Origin: a virus
Lineage: Duplodnaviria; Caudoviricetes
Strand: one strand, 5' to 3'
Length of the DNA: 64,000 nucleotides
IMG/VR virus record: IMGVR_UViG_3300037249_001405
Location: 1 to 64,000 of that record
The number at the start of each line of letters is the position of its first letter. The first letter of the stretch is position 1. Shown in pieces: positions 41,034 through 51,205 of this stretch. The position numbers were made by a program, and so were the translations under genes. The notes beneath the pieces are model-generated. The model was not told the DNA's origin. It was given only the letters and a program-made list of their open reading frames with translations, and searched no databases.

Positions 41034-42548
41034 CTAGATTCCGTAGTTGAAGGTAACCTTTTGTACGAGCTCAGGTGCTAGATATTTAATACCCTCTTGG
41101 TAGTAAATACCAGAAGCCATCTGAGTTGGGTTGTTGTAGTTACCAACAGTAGGAGTATCTGTCAAAGGCATGTAGATACCACGGGCCAAAGGAGCCATCT
41201 GACCATCCTGTGTCTTGATAATAGCATAGAATGTAGCTTCACTCTCATGTACATTCTCAGCAATATCAACAGAACGGAGTACAGGAATACCATTGTACCA
41301 ACCGAGCAAGTCGTTGATATAGGTCATCTTTGTGTTAGGTTCCCATTTTCCGATCATACCACCCTTCTGGAACTGGTTAGAAGCAGCATTACCTGCAACA
41401 TAAGCAGTTACAGTAACAGACTTAGTAGCCTTAACAGCTAGGTTAGCCTCTACGTGAATTAGATAAGAGTCAAATAGGTCTACTCTTGAACGATAGTCAT
41501 GGAACTGTTGACTCATCTCATTTACTGTGAGATTCAAATCAGTCATAACATCATCTCCAGTGTAATCCTTCTCGAGTGTGCTTACGAGCTTGTAGTTGAT
41601 ACACTTTGTGTAGAGCTCACGAAGCTTTGTGAATAGGAATGTAGCCATATCCGATCCAGTAGCTTTCTTCAAAGCACCAAGAGCAGCGATATTGTATTCA
41701 GCAACTAGCATATCCGGAACAGTGGATAGACCGATCTGTTGCATCTTAGCAATAAATCTCTTGTCGTTTGCGTGAACGTTAGAAGCACCATTTGTGTTAG
41801 AAGGAGTACCAGTTACATCCTCTTTACCGATTGCTACAAGAGTACTAGTAGCTGTAAGCTTATTAGCCAAAGCTGTAGTAAGCTGGAACTCAATAGTACC
41901 ATTGATGTAGTTGATGTTCTTTTTAACCTTTCCTGTAGTAGCGTCGATGATTGGCTCAACTACACCAGGAACTGCCATGAAGCTAGCCTGTCCATTATCG
42001 ATAAGCTCGAAAGTTTCAGTAACAGTTGTACCATTCTTAATCTCACCCTTGATTCTTACAGTACCAGGAACAATCTTCCTACCAGTTACAGTAGTAAAGC
42101 TTGCTGTTTTATCACCTGTTACAGTGAACTCTGTCTTGAAAGAACCAGTAGTGTTAATGTCCTGGTAGCTATCAGGTCCGAGGTTTGGAACAACCTGACG
42201 GAGATCAGTTACACCGAGAACGTCAAACCAGTAGAACAAACCGTTAGGTTGTTCAAAGTCACGTTCAATTGACATATAACCAGCGAAAGAAGATACATAA
42301 GATGCAACAGATGCATTGAAGTATTGGTTGCTCAATAGCGGAGTCTCAGCATAACCAGAGAAGGTTTTCTGAAGTAGGTTGCTATTTTGACCCATACCAA
42401 AAATGTTGTTCATCATATCTTCATTTCTACTGAACATCTTTGCGTATTCCTCAGAACGACGAATAGCATCGTCCATAGATACGGAACCACCTCTCAATGC
42501 TTCGAGCATCTGAGGAGTCTGCATAAAATCTAAATATTGATTAACCAT
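41034..42548 (-). CDS. Major capsid protein (T4 gp23-like)
   Basis: 504 aa; SIERDFEQPNGLFYW and APLARGIYMPL parallel gp23 motifs; protease-scaffold-capsid gene order; followed by a strong terminator. Confidence 0.8.
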   Translation of the reverse strand: MVNQYLDFMQTPQMLEALRGGSVSMDDAIRRSEEYAKMFSRNEDMMNNIFGMGQNSNLLQKTFSGYAETPLLSNQYFNASVASYVSSFAGYMSIERDFEQPNGLFYWFDVLGVTDLRQVVPNLGPDSYQDINTTGSFKTEFTVTGDKTASFTTVTGRKIVPGTVRIKGEIKNGTTVTETFELIDNGQASFMAVPGVVEPIIDATTGKVKKNINYINGTIEFQLTTALANKLTATSTLVAIGKEDVTGTPSNTNGASNVHANDKRFIAKMQQIGLSTVPDMLVAEYNIAALGALKKATGSDMATFLFTKLRELYTKCINYKLVSTLEKDYTGDDVMTDLNLTVNEMSQQFHDYRSRVDLFDSYLIHVEANLAVKATKSVTVTAYVAGNAASNQFQKGGMIGKWEPNTKMTYINDLLGWYNGIPVLRSVDIAENVHESEATFYAIIKTQDGQMAPLARGIYMPLTDTPTVGNYNNPTQMASGIYYQEGIKYLAPELVQKVTFNYGI

Positions 42549-42568
42549 TTTATATTAAATTCTTTTTA

Positions 42569-45010
42569 TTATCTGAAATTTTGAGTACTGTTATTGAGCC
42601 ATGATACTAGAGTGTCTTCAGGTTCGTTAACTTCATTGTAATCTACATCAGTGAAATAACGTTCCTCTTCGTCCTCATCGTAGTAATCATCGTCGTTGTA
42701 AGAGAATTGTGCCTCTTGTAGATCTGGTTCTGCTTGCTCTACTGGAGCAGCCTTAGCATTCATAATAGTAGCCTCAGCCTCTGCAGCAGCAGCTTGAATT
42801 GATTGAACAGCAGCTACAGCTTTGTCCTCAATAGTCTCGAGACTTGGACCTTGCTCTGCAGGTGCATTTATAGGATTACCGTTCTCGTCATACTCGATCG
42901 GATTTCCTTGCTCATCAAATTCTACAGGATTACCATTAGCATCTACTTGAATTTGACCACCATTAGGACCTGGTGCCCATTGTGTTCCTTGCTGAGGTGC
43001 TACTCCACCTTGCTGAGCCATCTGCATTTGAGCTTGAGGATCTTGCATCATACCAGGTTGGGTAACTTCTGCGAAGAATCTATCCATAATTATATCACCA
43101 GTTGAGTCATATCCATAACCTAACTCAGATCTGTAAGGATAAGATTTAATTTCTACTTCTTCATCAGAGTAGTATCTATCATCAGCATCCTCATCATCAG
43201 AATACATATTCACAGCTTCGATCAACTCCATATCGTCGTCATCAGCCTCGCCTGAATACATTCTTACAAGAGCATCCTCGTAAGCGTCATAGATAGAATA
43301 TTCTTTCTCTTCTACCTCGAGATCCCCTGTCAAATCCTCAGCTTCACTTTCTGAAATTGGAGTCAAATCTAATTTTTCACCATCAGATACAGCTTTTGTG
43401 AACTCACCAGATTCCTTGTCTTCGATTACAGCTGTTTCGTCATCAACAGGAGTGATTACCTCATCATCTGTCTCAACTTGCTCACCACTCTCAATAGCAT
43501 CCTGAATGTCATTTTCATCACCATCAGCATCTCCTGAGAATAGTCTAATCATGTAATCAGACATGATTTCATCTTCAGAGAAGAATTTCTCACCGTATTC
43601 ATCTGAATAGATCTCAGGTTCAGAATAATCTTTCTCCTTCAAATCATCCTCAGTAACAACATCTTCTTTCAAATCATCTGCCTCAGATTCTGAGATAGGA
43701 TTCAAATCAAGAGTGTCATCATCCATTACAGCTTTTGTAAATTCACCACTATTTTTATCTTCAATTACGGCAGTCTCACTATCAACAGGAGTGATTATCT
43801 CATCATCTGTCTCAATTTCCTCACCTTTTTCTATTGCACGTTCAACATCTTTCTGTGTATCAAGGTCACCCTCTGATGCATCAGAGAAGAGTTTTGTCAT
43901 AAAGTCTGTGTGATTTGAATAGAACTTAGTTAGATATACAGTATGATCTGAGAATTCAGCTTGTTCTGGTTCCTCAATATCATCTTCTGATTCTGCACCA
44001 AGATTTGCCATCAAATCCATAGCATAGTCACGAGCATCATCCTCGTTATCAAATACCTGAACACTAGCTACACCCCTTTCGGTTAGGTCATCTACAAGTT
44101 CTTGAGCTGATTCCTCATCATACTCAGGAGCATCTACAAGTACGTGATTCTCTGGGTCTACACCTACTACATGAAGTTGGTCATACATTTGGGAATCATC
44201 GATATCGTCGTCATTGAAGTTGTTTCCTTCATCATCATCATCACAACATTCGTCATCACAGCCTTCCTCATCTCCTTCACATAGCTCTGAATAATAGCGA
44301 TAGAGATCCTCGAGGTCTTCGTCGTAATTACTGAATTCCTTTGTGTCTAACTCTGTAACTTCCATCTCGTCGTCATCTAGAACAACCTTAGCTTGGTCTC
44401 CCGTAGACTCACTTGTAACAATCACTGCATTCTCATCATCTGGATCCTTTTCAACTTTTAGATCACCTACTTTAGCAGTGTCTTCAGATTCAATAACCTC
44501 TGCGAATATACGTTCACAGAATGCTTGATCAGAGAAAATCTTCTGTACTACAAAGTTATCTGTAGAAACACTAAACTCTCTCTCATTAGCTAGATCTTCT
44601 ACAAGTCTTTCGTGACCTGCTTCGAAGTTTAGTCCACCGTCCTCAAGATTTGGTGCTATAACGGATGTTCCATCCATATGAGCATCTACATCTTCATCTC
44701 TATTGCAATACACCTGACCCGGAGTTACACCATCCATTTCCGGATGGATATACCCCTCTAACTCAGCTGAACTTGCTGGATAGAGATCGTAGTTACCATC
44801 TTCACCTTGCTCGGCTAACGTAACTTCTCCATTTCCTTTATCTGTAATCGACACACGGCCATCGCCTTCGTCTTCATACCTTACTTCATCAGTGTCAACA
44901 ACGCCATTCTCCTTAGCATCTTCGATATCTTTTGCTACCTGACCTGTTAACTCCTCGTCGCCTTCGTCTGTAGCAGCAAAAAGGCGAGTCATAAATCTAG
45001 TATTATACAT
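42569..45010 (-). CDS. Acidic prohead scaffold/core protein
   Basis: Extremely Asp/Glu-rich, internal ~60-aa repeats, about 20 F/Y-S-type motifs; immediately upstream of the capsid gene. Confidence 0.7.
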   Translation of the reverse strand: MYNTRFMTRLFAATDEGDEELTGQVAKDIEDAKENGVVDTDEVRYEDEGDGRVSITDKGNGEVTLAEQGEDGNYDLYPASSAELEGYIHPEMDGVTPGQVYCNRDEDVDAHMDGTSVIAPNLEDGGLNFEAGHERLVEDLANEREFSVSTDNFVVQKIFSDQAFCERIFAEVIESEDTAKVGDLKVEKDPDDENAVIVTSESTGDQAKVVLDDDEMEVTELDTKEFSNYDEDLEDLYRYYSELCEGDEEGCDDECCDDDDEGNNFNDDDIDDSQMYDQLHVVGVDPENHVLVDAPEYDEESAQELVDDLTERGVASVQVFDNEDDARDYAMDLMANLGAESEDDIEEPEQAEFSDHTVYLTKFYSNHTDFMTKLFSDASEGDLDTQKDVERAIEKGEEIETDDEIITPVDSETAVIEDKNSGEFTKAVMDDDTLDLNPISESEADDLKEDVVTEDDLKEKDYSEPEIYSDEYGEKFFSEDEIMSDYMIRLFSGDADGDENDIQDAIESGEQVETDDEVITPVDDETAVIEDKESGEFTKAVSDGEKLDLTPISESEAEDLTGDLEVEEKEYSIYDAYEDALVRMYSGEADDDDMELIEAVNMYSDDEDADDRYYSDEEVEIKSYPYRSELGYGYDSTGDIIMDRFFAEVTQPGMMQDPQAQMQMAQQGGVAPQQGTQWAPGPNGGQIQVDANGNPVEFDEQGNPIEYDENGNPINAPAEQGPSLETIEDKAVAAVQSIQAAAAEAEATIMNAKAAPVEQAEPDLQEAQFSYNDDDYYDEDEEERYFTDVDYNEVNEPEDTLVSWLNNSTQNFR

Positions 45011-45030
45011 TCTAAATTCTGTTAATTATA

Positions 45031-45954
45031 TTATAGTATATTTACTTTGTTACTTCCAGTTAGTGAGATAATACCATGCTTCTTTAATAAATCTAATATA
45101 TTACCTGGAGCATCTGGATATCTCTCGTCGATTGTTTTCTTAAATACTGGTAAATCTTGTGAAGATCCTCCGAATTCTACTTTCAAATCGTTTAAAATTC
45201 CGGAATCTTTACACCAATCATCACAATCTCCTTTCATTATATCAGAATCTTGTTGCGAAATTGGCATAATTCCGTGAGCTTTCTTGATAATTATGATTCC
45301 TTTTGGTGAAATTGAGCCTTTATTTGCCAAAGCATCTATAATTCTCTCTTTATCTTCTAAAGATGGACCACCACATAACTCGGAGCCACAACAAGTAATC
45401 TTTGGATCTAGATCCATTATTTTTGTAACAGATACGATTAATTTAGAGAATAGACGAGATTGAAGATAAGCGTTAGGGGAAATTTCTAGTTCTTTTCCTT
45501 CTACTGTACCAAATCCTCTCTCTTCCATTTCATCTGCAGAAATACCGAATAATTTTTCTGAATAACTAGCATCTATTCTTTTTCCTGAATAAATACCTAA
45601 ATTTCTTTCATAATCATTATCAGGTTCCGAGAATGATCTTTGAAACTCATCCTCAGCCTCTTCTTCGCTCAAGAAAAGAGATCTTCTATTTTTATCTATT
45701 ACGTTTAATCTATCTTTTGCTAATGGATTTCTATTAGCTATAACCTCTCTCTTATATGGTTCATGCTCAGTTTCCCACTTTATATTGAAACGAGTACCAC
45801 CACACTTAGGACAGAGGATACTAGAAGCTGATTGTGCTGTTTGTAGTTCAAAACCACAATCTTCACAAACTACCGGTCTTAATACAGTACCTTCATCCTC
45901 GGAGAATAATTTACGACGTACTGGATTAGCTGAAAATAATTTTAATCTAGCCAT
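45031..45954 (-). CDS. Zn-ribbon-containing prohead core protein
   Basis: CEDC...CPKC; repeated KLFS/RSFS/RLFS; between protease and scaffold. Confidence 0.55.
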   Translation of the reverse strand: MARLKLFSANPVRRKLFSEDEGTVLRPVVCEDCGFELQTAQSASSILCPKCGGTRFNIKWETEHEPYKREVIANRNPLAKDRLNVIDKNRRSLFLSEEEAEDEFQRSFSEPDNDYERNLGIYSGKRIDASYSEKLFGISADEMEERGFGTVEGKELEISPNAYLQSRLFSKLIVSVTKIMDLDPKITCCGSELCGGPSLEDKERIIDALANKGSISPKGIIIIKKAHGIMPISQQDSDIMKGDCDDWCKDSGILNDLKVEFGGSSQDLPVFKKTIDERYPDAPGNILDLLKKHGIISLTGSNKVNIL

Positions 45955-47282
45955 TATTTACCCTCCTCTTCTTCTATTTCTTCATTATTAATTTCTGCTT
46001 CGCTATTTTCAGAACCAAATACGAAATTCTGTAATGATTTAATAAAGGTAGCATAAGCTGTCTGAATAGCCTGATATTTATTTTTGCTAACATAGCCTTG
46101 CTTCTCAGCTTCAGCTAATGCCTGCTTATATGGAATAAACATAGCTTGACTAGCCTTCCTTACTTCTACACCTAATGCACCAGCATTTAATAAAGTAACT
46201 AAGTTCTTTCCTTCTAGAACCATTGGTGTTACTACTTGCATAATGCTCAATACATCGGAAGCGAATAAAGATTTCATAACCTTCAAAGTAGGTTCATCAA
46301 TCTTAGAAATACCACCGCTTGCCTTTACTACTTGTTTATAATCAAGAATCAATCTTCTAAAACGCTCTCTTGGTGAAAGTTTAGCCTCTTTAACTCTCTC
46401 TTTAACAGATGTTACTGAGAAGGTTTTTTCTTTTACACCTGACGTAGGAGCTACTGATACTTCTACCTCATCTGGTAAAATTTCAATAACACCGACAGAA
46501 GAGAACTCTTTAACTTTCAATTTAGTAAATACCCCATCAACTTTCGATGTTTTAGCAGCATCACCTAAACCGAATGAATTAAGATCAGAGAATTCTTTTA
46601 CTTTTAATTCGCCATTTTTAGGTTGGGTTCTAACGAATTTATCATCCTTCTCTATTTCAGAGAATTCACGAACTAATTCATCATACACATCATCTGAATA
46701 ATTTGAAGTATCTGGTTTATCATCATATACTTCGGTAATTCTAGCTAGAGGTCCGAATGATGGATTTACAGTCCAGTCAAGAGATTTAATATTCTTGATT
46801 TGACGGCAAATATCAACACCGCTTGATTGTGAATCCCAGTAAGCTACAACTACTAGTGAACATGTTAATTTAATACCAGATCTAATAAGTGCCTTTAATC
46901 TCTTTATGTTTGCAGCGGCAATATCATCAAAACCATCTTCATCAAGAATATGAACAAGTGCACAAAGCCAGGGTCCTTCACCAGGCACATTCTCAATGTA
47001 AAACTCCTTTACATAATGAGTAAATGTTGGAACCCCGTCAGCTACACATAATCCAGCATCATCCCTACCAACTACTTTCTTCAAAGTAGCTGTATTTCCA
47101 ATAGTGCCAGGCATTGTTTCCATAGAACGTCCCCTATGAGTTAAGTAACCCATAGTTAATTTTCCATCAATGGAAAGTTTATATTCTTTGGATTCGAGAT
47201 AATTTTTGACAACTGTTTCGCCAATTAAACTACCATCAGCTGCATTTTTTGTTAAACTGCAGCATCTAACTCTAACATCCAT
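45954..47282 (-). CDS. Prohead maturation protease (T4 gp21-like)
   Basis: MGYLTH (His), GIKLTCS (Ser) and LDWTVNPSF (Asp) in gp21 order; C-terminal extension with REFS/KEFS/KEFS/KTFS. Confidence 0.7.
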   Translation of the reverse strand: MDVRVRCCSLTKNAADGSLIGETVVKNYLESKEYKLSIDGKLTMGYLTHRGRSMETMPGTIGNTATLKKVVGRDDAGLCVADGVPTFTHYVKEFYIENVPGEGPWLCALVHILDEDGFDDIAAANIKRLKALIRSGIKLTCSLVVVAYWDSQSSGVDICRQIKNIKSLDWTVNPSFGPLARITEVYDDKPDTSNYSDDVYDELVREFSEIEKDDKFVRTQPKNGELKVKEFSDLNSFGLGDAAKTSKVDGVFTKLKVKEFSSVGVIEILPDEVEVSVAPTSGVKEKTFSVTSVKERVKEAKLSPRERFRRLILDYKQVVKASGGISKIDEPTLKVMKSLFASDVLSIMQVVTPMVLEGKNLVTLLNAGALGVEVRKASQAMFIPYKQALAEAEKQGYVSKNKYQAIQTAYATFIKSLQNFVFGSENSEAEINNEEIEEEEGK

Positions 47283-47399
47283 TTTAATTATGTGATTTAT
47301 ATTAAATTATATACTTTATTTAAGAAAAATGTAGAAATATTAGTTATAGTTTAGTAAAAAATACAATTACCTAATTTAAAAGATTAAGGTTAGATAAAA

Positions 47400-48503
47400 A
47401 TGATAGTATATATAACAAAATATTTCAATAATTTCGAAGAGGAAATAAAGAGAGAACTTCTGTCCCGGTTAACTGATGAGTTAGAAACAGGGAGTAGCGG
47501 GGATTATGAAGACTGGAGAAAATATAATAAGCAATAAGAGATTGGACTAGCTTACGAACAAATGAAGGATGAGGCAGCAGAGGAGATGAACGAAAGGATA
47601 AAGAAACAGATTGGAAAACCTCACCGTTACCAGGATGCTATAGCAAAGATAGATAAGTTTGAGAAAAAGAATAGGGATTTTAAACAAGGAATTGCTAAAT
47701 TCATGAATTATCACCCAGAACTACGAACTAAAGTAGCTTTTTCTAATAAAAATGAGGATACTGATTGTTACAAACCAAACGAAGATAAAATTATATTAAA
47801 AAAAGATAATTTCGGAAATTATGCTACAGCGGCTCATGAAAACGGTCATAGAAATGATCACTTATCTGGAGAAGCTGAAAAAAGAGTAATCTCTCTTAAT
47901 AATGATATCTTGGATAGAATGAATCGGTCTGGATATAATAATGAGAACTTAATGTGGAATATAAGGGAGGAACATGATAGAGTAACAATTCCGGGAGAGT
48001 TAGCTGCTAGTACAGATGCTTATTGGGATATGTTCAAGAATCCCAATGTATCCAATAAGCAATTGCATAAAGGGAATAAACACTTAATGGATGCTCTTGA
48101 TACATATAAATCCTCTTATTATAAATTAAACCCAGAATCTTTTGAATTAAATAAATTCAATGTAACACCGCAATTATTTGATTTTGATAAATATAATCAC
48201 TTAGGACTTACAAAGCAAGCAGCACAAACAATAGAGGAAATGAAACGAGATGGTGGTACAAAGAAATCAGAAAGTTTAAATATGATGCTAGAAAATCAAC
48301 TACCTAGCATGAAATATAAATTAAGTAGTTTGTTAAAGGAAAAAGGAATTTCAAAAGAGGAACTAAATAAGAAAGGACTTAAATTAGATGATCTCCTCAA
48401 ACGAATCCTTGGTGATAAAAACTTTACAGAGGAGTTAAAAGAAAGAGCGGGATTTTTAGATAAGTTGAGAAATTTAAAATATACAATAAAAAAAGTCAAA
48501 TAA
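47400..48503 (+). pseudogene. HExxH zincin-like cargo protein interrupted by in-frame TAA at 47535-47537
   Basis: ATG 47400 (MIVYITKYFN leader) is in frame with ORF 47562-48503 apart from one TAA; AAHENGH...GELAA metallopeptidase motif. Confidence 0.6.
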
Positions 48504-48555
48504 AAAAAACGGAAATCTTATAAAAGATTAAAAATTAAAACTAACTTATTTAACT

Positions 48556-48948
48556 ATGATATTAATATTAAAAAGAGTGACATTTTCGGATAACGAAAAA
48601 GAAGATAAAGGAATGTCAACTGGGAAAAAACTTGCTATAGCAGCAGGAGCGCTTGGTATCGCTGGACTTAGTGGCTATTTATTACATAAAAGAGCAAAAT
48701 TGAATAATAGTAAAAAAGTAGACATTGAAAAATCTAATAGTAACACTTCCAATAAATCGCGACAGATCAGTACAGCACCTAAACATAATAATGATGGTGA
48801 TCCTAAACCAAAACCCAATAATAACAAGTCTAATTCTGGTGGTAAGGACGTGTATGTTAAAGGTGGTGAGTACGTAGACAAAAATGGGAATAAATTAACT
48901 AGGGATGAAGTATTTGGTAATAAAAATAATAGATTAATATTTGAATAA
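48556..48948 (+). CDS. Putative cargo single-TM protein
   Basis: MILILKRVTFS leader; KKLAIAAGALGIAGLSGYLL followed by a basic segment. Confidence 0.6.
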   Translation: MILILKRVTFSDNEKEDKGMSTGKKLAIAAGALGIAGLSGYLLHKRAKLNNSKKVDIEKSNSNTSNKSRQISTAPKHNNDGDPKPKPNNNKSNSGGKDVYVKGGEYVDKNGNKLTRDEVFGNKNNRLIFE

Positions 48949-48949
48949 A

Positions 48950-49381
48950 ATGAGTATAGAAGAAAGAATTTATAGTGAAGCATTTGAAGATGGTGTAAAT
49001 TACGCTATTCAGAGAATGTTTGGAGATGATGAAGAAAAGAAGCCTAAGAAGTGGCCTTATGTTGTTGGAGGCACTGCTGGTGGTATAGTAGGAGGCGCTA
49101 TTGGTACAGGAGCAGGTATGATTAGTGCTGGTAATAGTATAGTTAAAAAAGTCAAAGATACTAATAAAGCTCTCTATGATGAAGTGCAACGTGCCCCGAC
49201 TTGGGAAAAACTAAGTAAAAAGACCCAAGAAAAAATGAGTAAGTATGCAGAGGAAGCTGGTACTAGTATGCTGAAGAGAGGAGCTGTAGGTGGCTTAATT
49301 GGAGCTGGCATACCAGCTGCAACAGCAATAGCTTTATATCATCGCAAGAAAAAAGAATTAAATAAAAAAGATAGGGATTAA
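48950..49381 (+). CDS. Cargo glycine-zipper protein (start ATG 48950)
   Basis: MSIEERIYSEAFEDGVNYAIQRMFG leader, identical to that of 62885-63403. Confidence 0.65.
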   Translation: MSIEERIYSEAFEDGVNYAIQRMFGDDEEKKPKKWPYVVGGTAGGIVGGAIGTGAGMISAGNSIVKKVKDTNKALYDEVQRAPTWEKLSKKTQEKMSKYAEEAGTSMLKRGAVGGLIGAGIPAATAIALYHRKKKELNKKDRD

Positions 49382-49396
49382 TCCCTATCTTTTTTA
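49363..49396. terminator. Bidirectional terminator
   Basis: AAAAAAGATAGGGATTAATCCCTATCTTTTTT palindrome between convergent genes. Confidence 0.8.
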
Positions 49397-49408
49397 TTTT
49401 TATTTAGT

Positions 49409-50479
49409 TTAGTCACGATCGCGACGTCTTCCTCTTAAGAAACCTGCTGTTCCGATACCAGCACCAGCTACGCCAGCACCAATAGCACCGTACTTCCATC
49501 TCTTAGCGAGTTTCTCAGCAGCTTCCTTAGCCTTCCTGGTGTTATCATGAAGCATTTGTTCTGTATTAAATGCTGTCTTGAATCCTTCAACCTTATCTTC
49601 TGCTGCCTTCAATCCCTGCGCTAATACACTATTTTTCTTATTAGCTTCTCTCAATCCTTGCTGTAATACGCCATTTTTACCCCTAGCTGTTTCTAAAGCA
49701 GACTCTAATTCTTTCCTAGAAATCTCTCCTTTTCTGTAAAGATCTTCGTAATATTTAGCATCTACTGCACCTGACACCGGATTATCCTTACCTTTACCCA
49801 CTACTGCAGAAAGGTTAGAAGAACCTTTACCCACTACTGCAGGAAGGTTAGAAGATCCCTTTTGTTTTTGTTGGTGCTGTTCGTACATATTTACGAATGC
49901 TTGCTCCACTTTCTTTTTATTCTCTTTTGCAACTTTTTCAGCTTCTTTGGCTGCTTTTTCTTTGGCTGCTTTTTTAGCTGCTTCTTTAGTCCTATTAATG
50001 AGATCGTTATATTCTGAATTAGACATATTTTCTGGGTCGAAGAACAATTTTTCGATAGCATAATCTATTCCAGCCTCGAATCCCTCACTATAGGTTTTAT
50101 CCTTCTTAGTAGCTTTGTGAATACCGTAACCAGCAGCAGCTAATACTGGTGCAGCGGCAGCTGCAATCATACCAGCTTTACCCCACTTACCAGCTTTCAT
50201 GTATCTATCCTTTACACTCTTAGGCAGACCTTTAATTTTGTCCCAAAGAGACTTTTCATAGTTTCCTCTCAAGCCTGGATCACCAGCAGGACCAATTGCT
50301 AGAGGACTATTAGCAGGCGGTAACTTATCAGCAAACATTTTTTCGATAGCATAATCTATTCCATCTTCAAATGCTTCTGAGTATAGTTTTTGTGAGAAAT
50401 AATCATCGAATTCGTCATAGCTATTGTCAAAGTCATCGTAATCATTGGCAATAGAAAACACTTTACGTCTTACGTACAT
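49409..50479 (-). CDS. Two-module cargo protein
   Basis: MYVRRKVFS leader, two YSExFExG linkers, module shared with 35059-35835, coiled coil, C-terminal Gly zipper. Confidence 0.65.
   Translation of the reverse strand: MYVRRKVFSIANDYDDFDNSYDEFDDYFSQKLYSEAFEDGIDYAIEKMFADKLPPANSPLAIGPAGDPGLRGNYEKSLWDKIKGLPKSVKDRYMKAGKWGKAGMIAAAAAPVLAAAGYGIHKATKKDKTYSEGFEAGIDYAIEKLFFDPENMSNSEYNDLINRTKEAAKKAAKEKAAKEAEKVAKENKKKVEQAFVNMYEQHQQKQKGSSNLPAVVGKGSSNLSAVVGKGKDNPVSGAVDAKYYEDLYRKGEISRKELESALETARGKNGVLQQGLREANKKNSVLAQGLKAAEDKVEGFKTAFNTEQMLHDNTRKAKEAAEKLAKRWKYGAIGAGVAGAGIGTAGFLRGRRRDRD
50049..50383 (-). repeat. Second copy of the module at 35471-35805
   Basis: Near-identical DNA and protein. Confidence 0.9.
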
Positions 50480-50588
50480 TTTTATTATCTATTTTAATTA
50501 TTAATTCTTATACAAAATAATTTCTATTTTCAACTTATTAGATTTTTGTTGATTTTTTCAAAAAAGTTTAGTTTATATAAAATACTAT

Positions 50589-51134
50589 TTATTTATTATC
50601 TTTATTCTTCAATATATTATATAAACCAGCACTCGTTAACCCTATTCCTAAACCAACTCCAGTACTAATTCCCTTACTCTTCAGAACGCTGTCTCTTATC
50701 GGCTTAATTTTCTTTTCTAATTGTTCAATCTCTGATTTTTTCTTAGAAATCATGTCTTTTAGCCTAGAAACCTCAGATCTATTTTGTTCAATATCTTCGC
50801 TTAATTCTTTTGCATTTGGTTTACCGGCGAAAACATCTAATACATCTTTAAAACCTGCTTTTAAACTCTTTAGTCTATCTACTTTAGATAAATCATTTTT
50901 TAACGTAGATAAAGTTTCCTTACTTCTCTCAAGTTCTTCTGCAAGTTTTTTATGTTCTTTTATTTCGTCCCTCGATCTAAATCCTCCGTAAATATTTCCT
51001 CCAAGTGCACCTACTCCTCCACCAATTACAAGCGGTGTTAGATTATCGTGACTATCATCACTATTATGAGAGTAATATTTTTCTTCTATATAATGAATTC
51101 CATCATTGAATCCCTCTAAGTAACTATTATTCAT
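50589..51134 (-). CDS. Cargo protein: zipper - coiled coil - zipper
   Basis: YLEGFNDGIHYIEEKYYS, a degenerate linker. Confidence 0.6.
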   Translation of the reverse strand: MNNSYLEGFNDGIHYIEEKYYSHNSDDSHDNLTPLVIGGGVGALGGNIYGGFRSRDEIKEHKKLAEELERSKETLSTLKNDLSKVDRLKSLKAGFKDVLDVFAGKPNAKELSEDIEQNRSEVSRLKDMISKKKSEIEQLEKKIKPIRDSVLKSKGISTGVGLGIGLTSAGLYNILKNKDNK

Positions 51135-51205
51135 CTTTTAATATTTTTTATTAGTGTTACAAATATAAGATTACTGTTTATAGTTGAGGTAATTTTGTGA
51201 GAGTT

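Noticed and set aside
35471-50383. Diversity-generating retroelement TR/VR pair
   Set aside because: Both copies are coding, differences are mostly synonymous and not adenine-specific, and no reverse transcriptase is present in the window.
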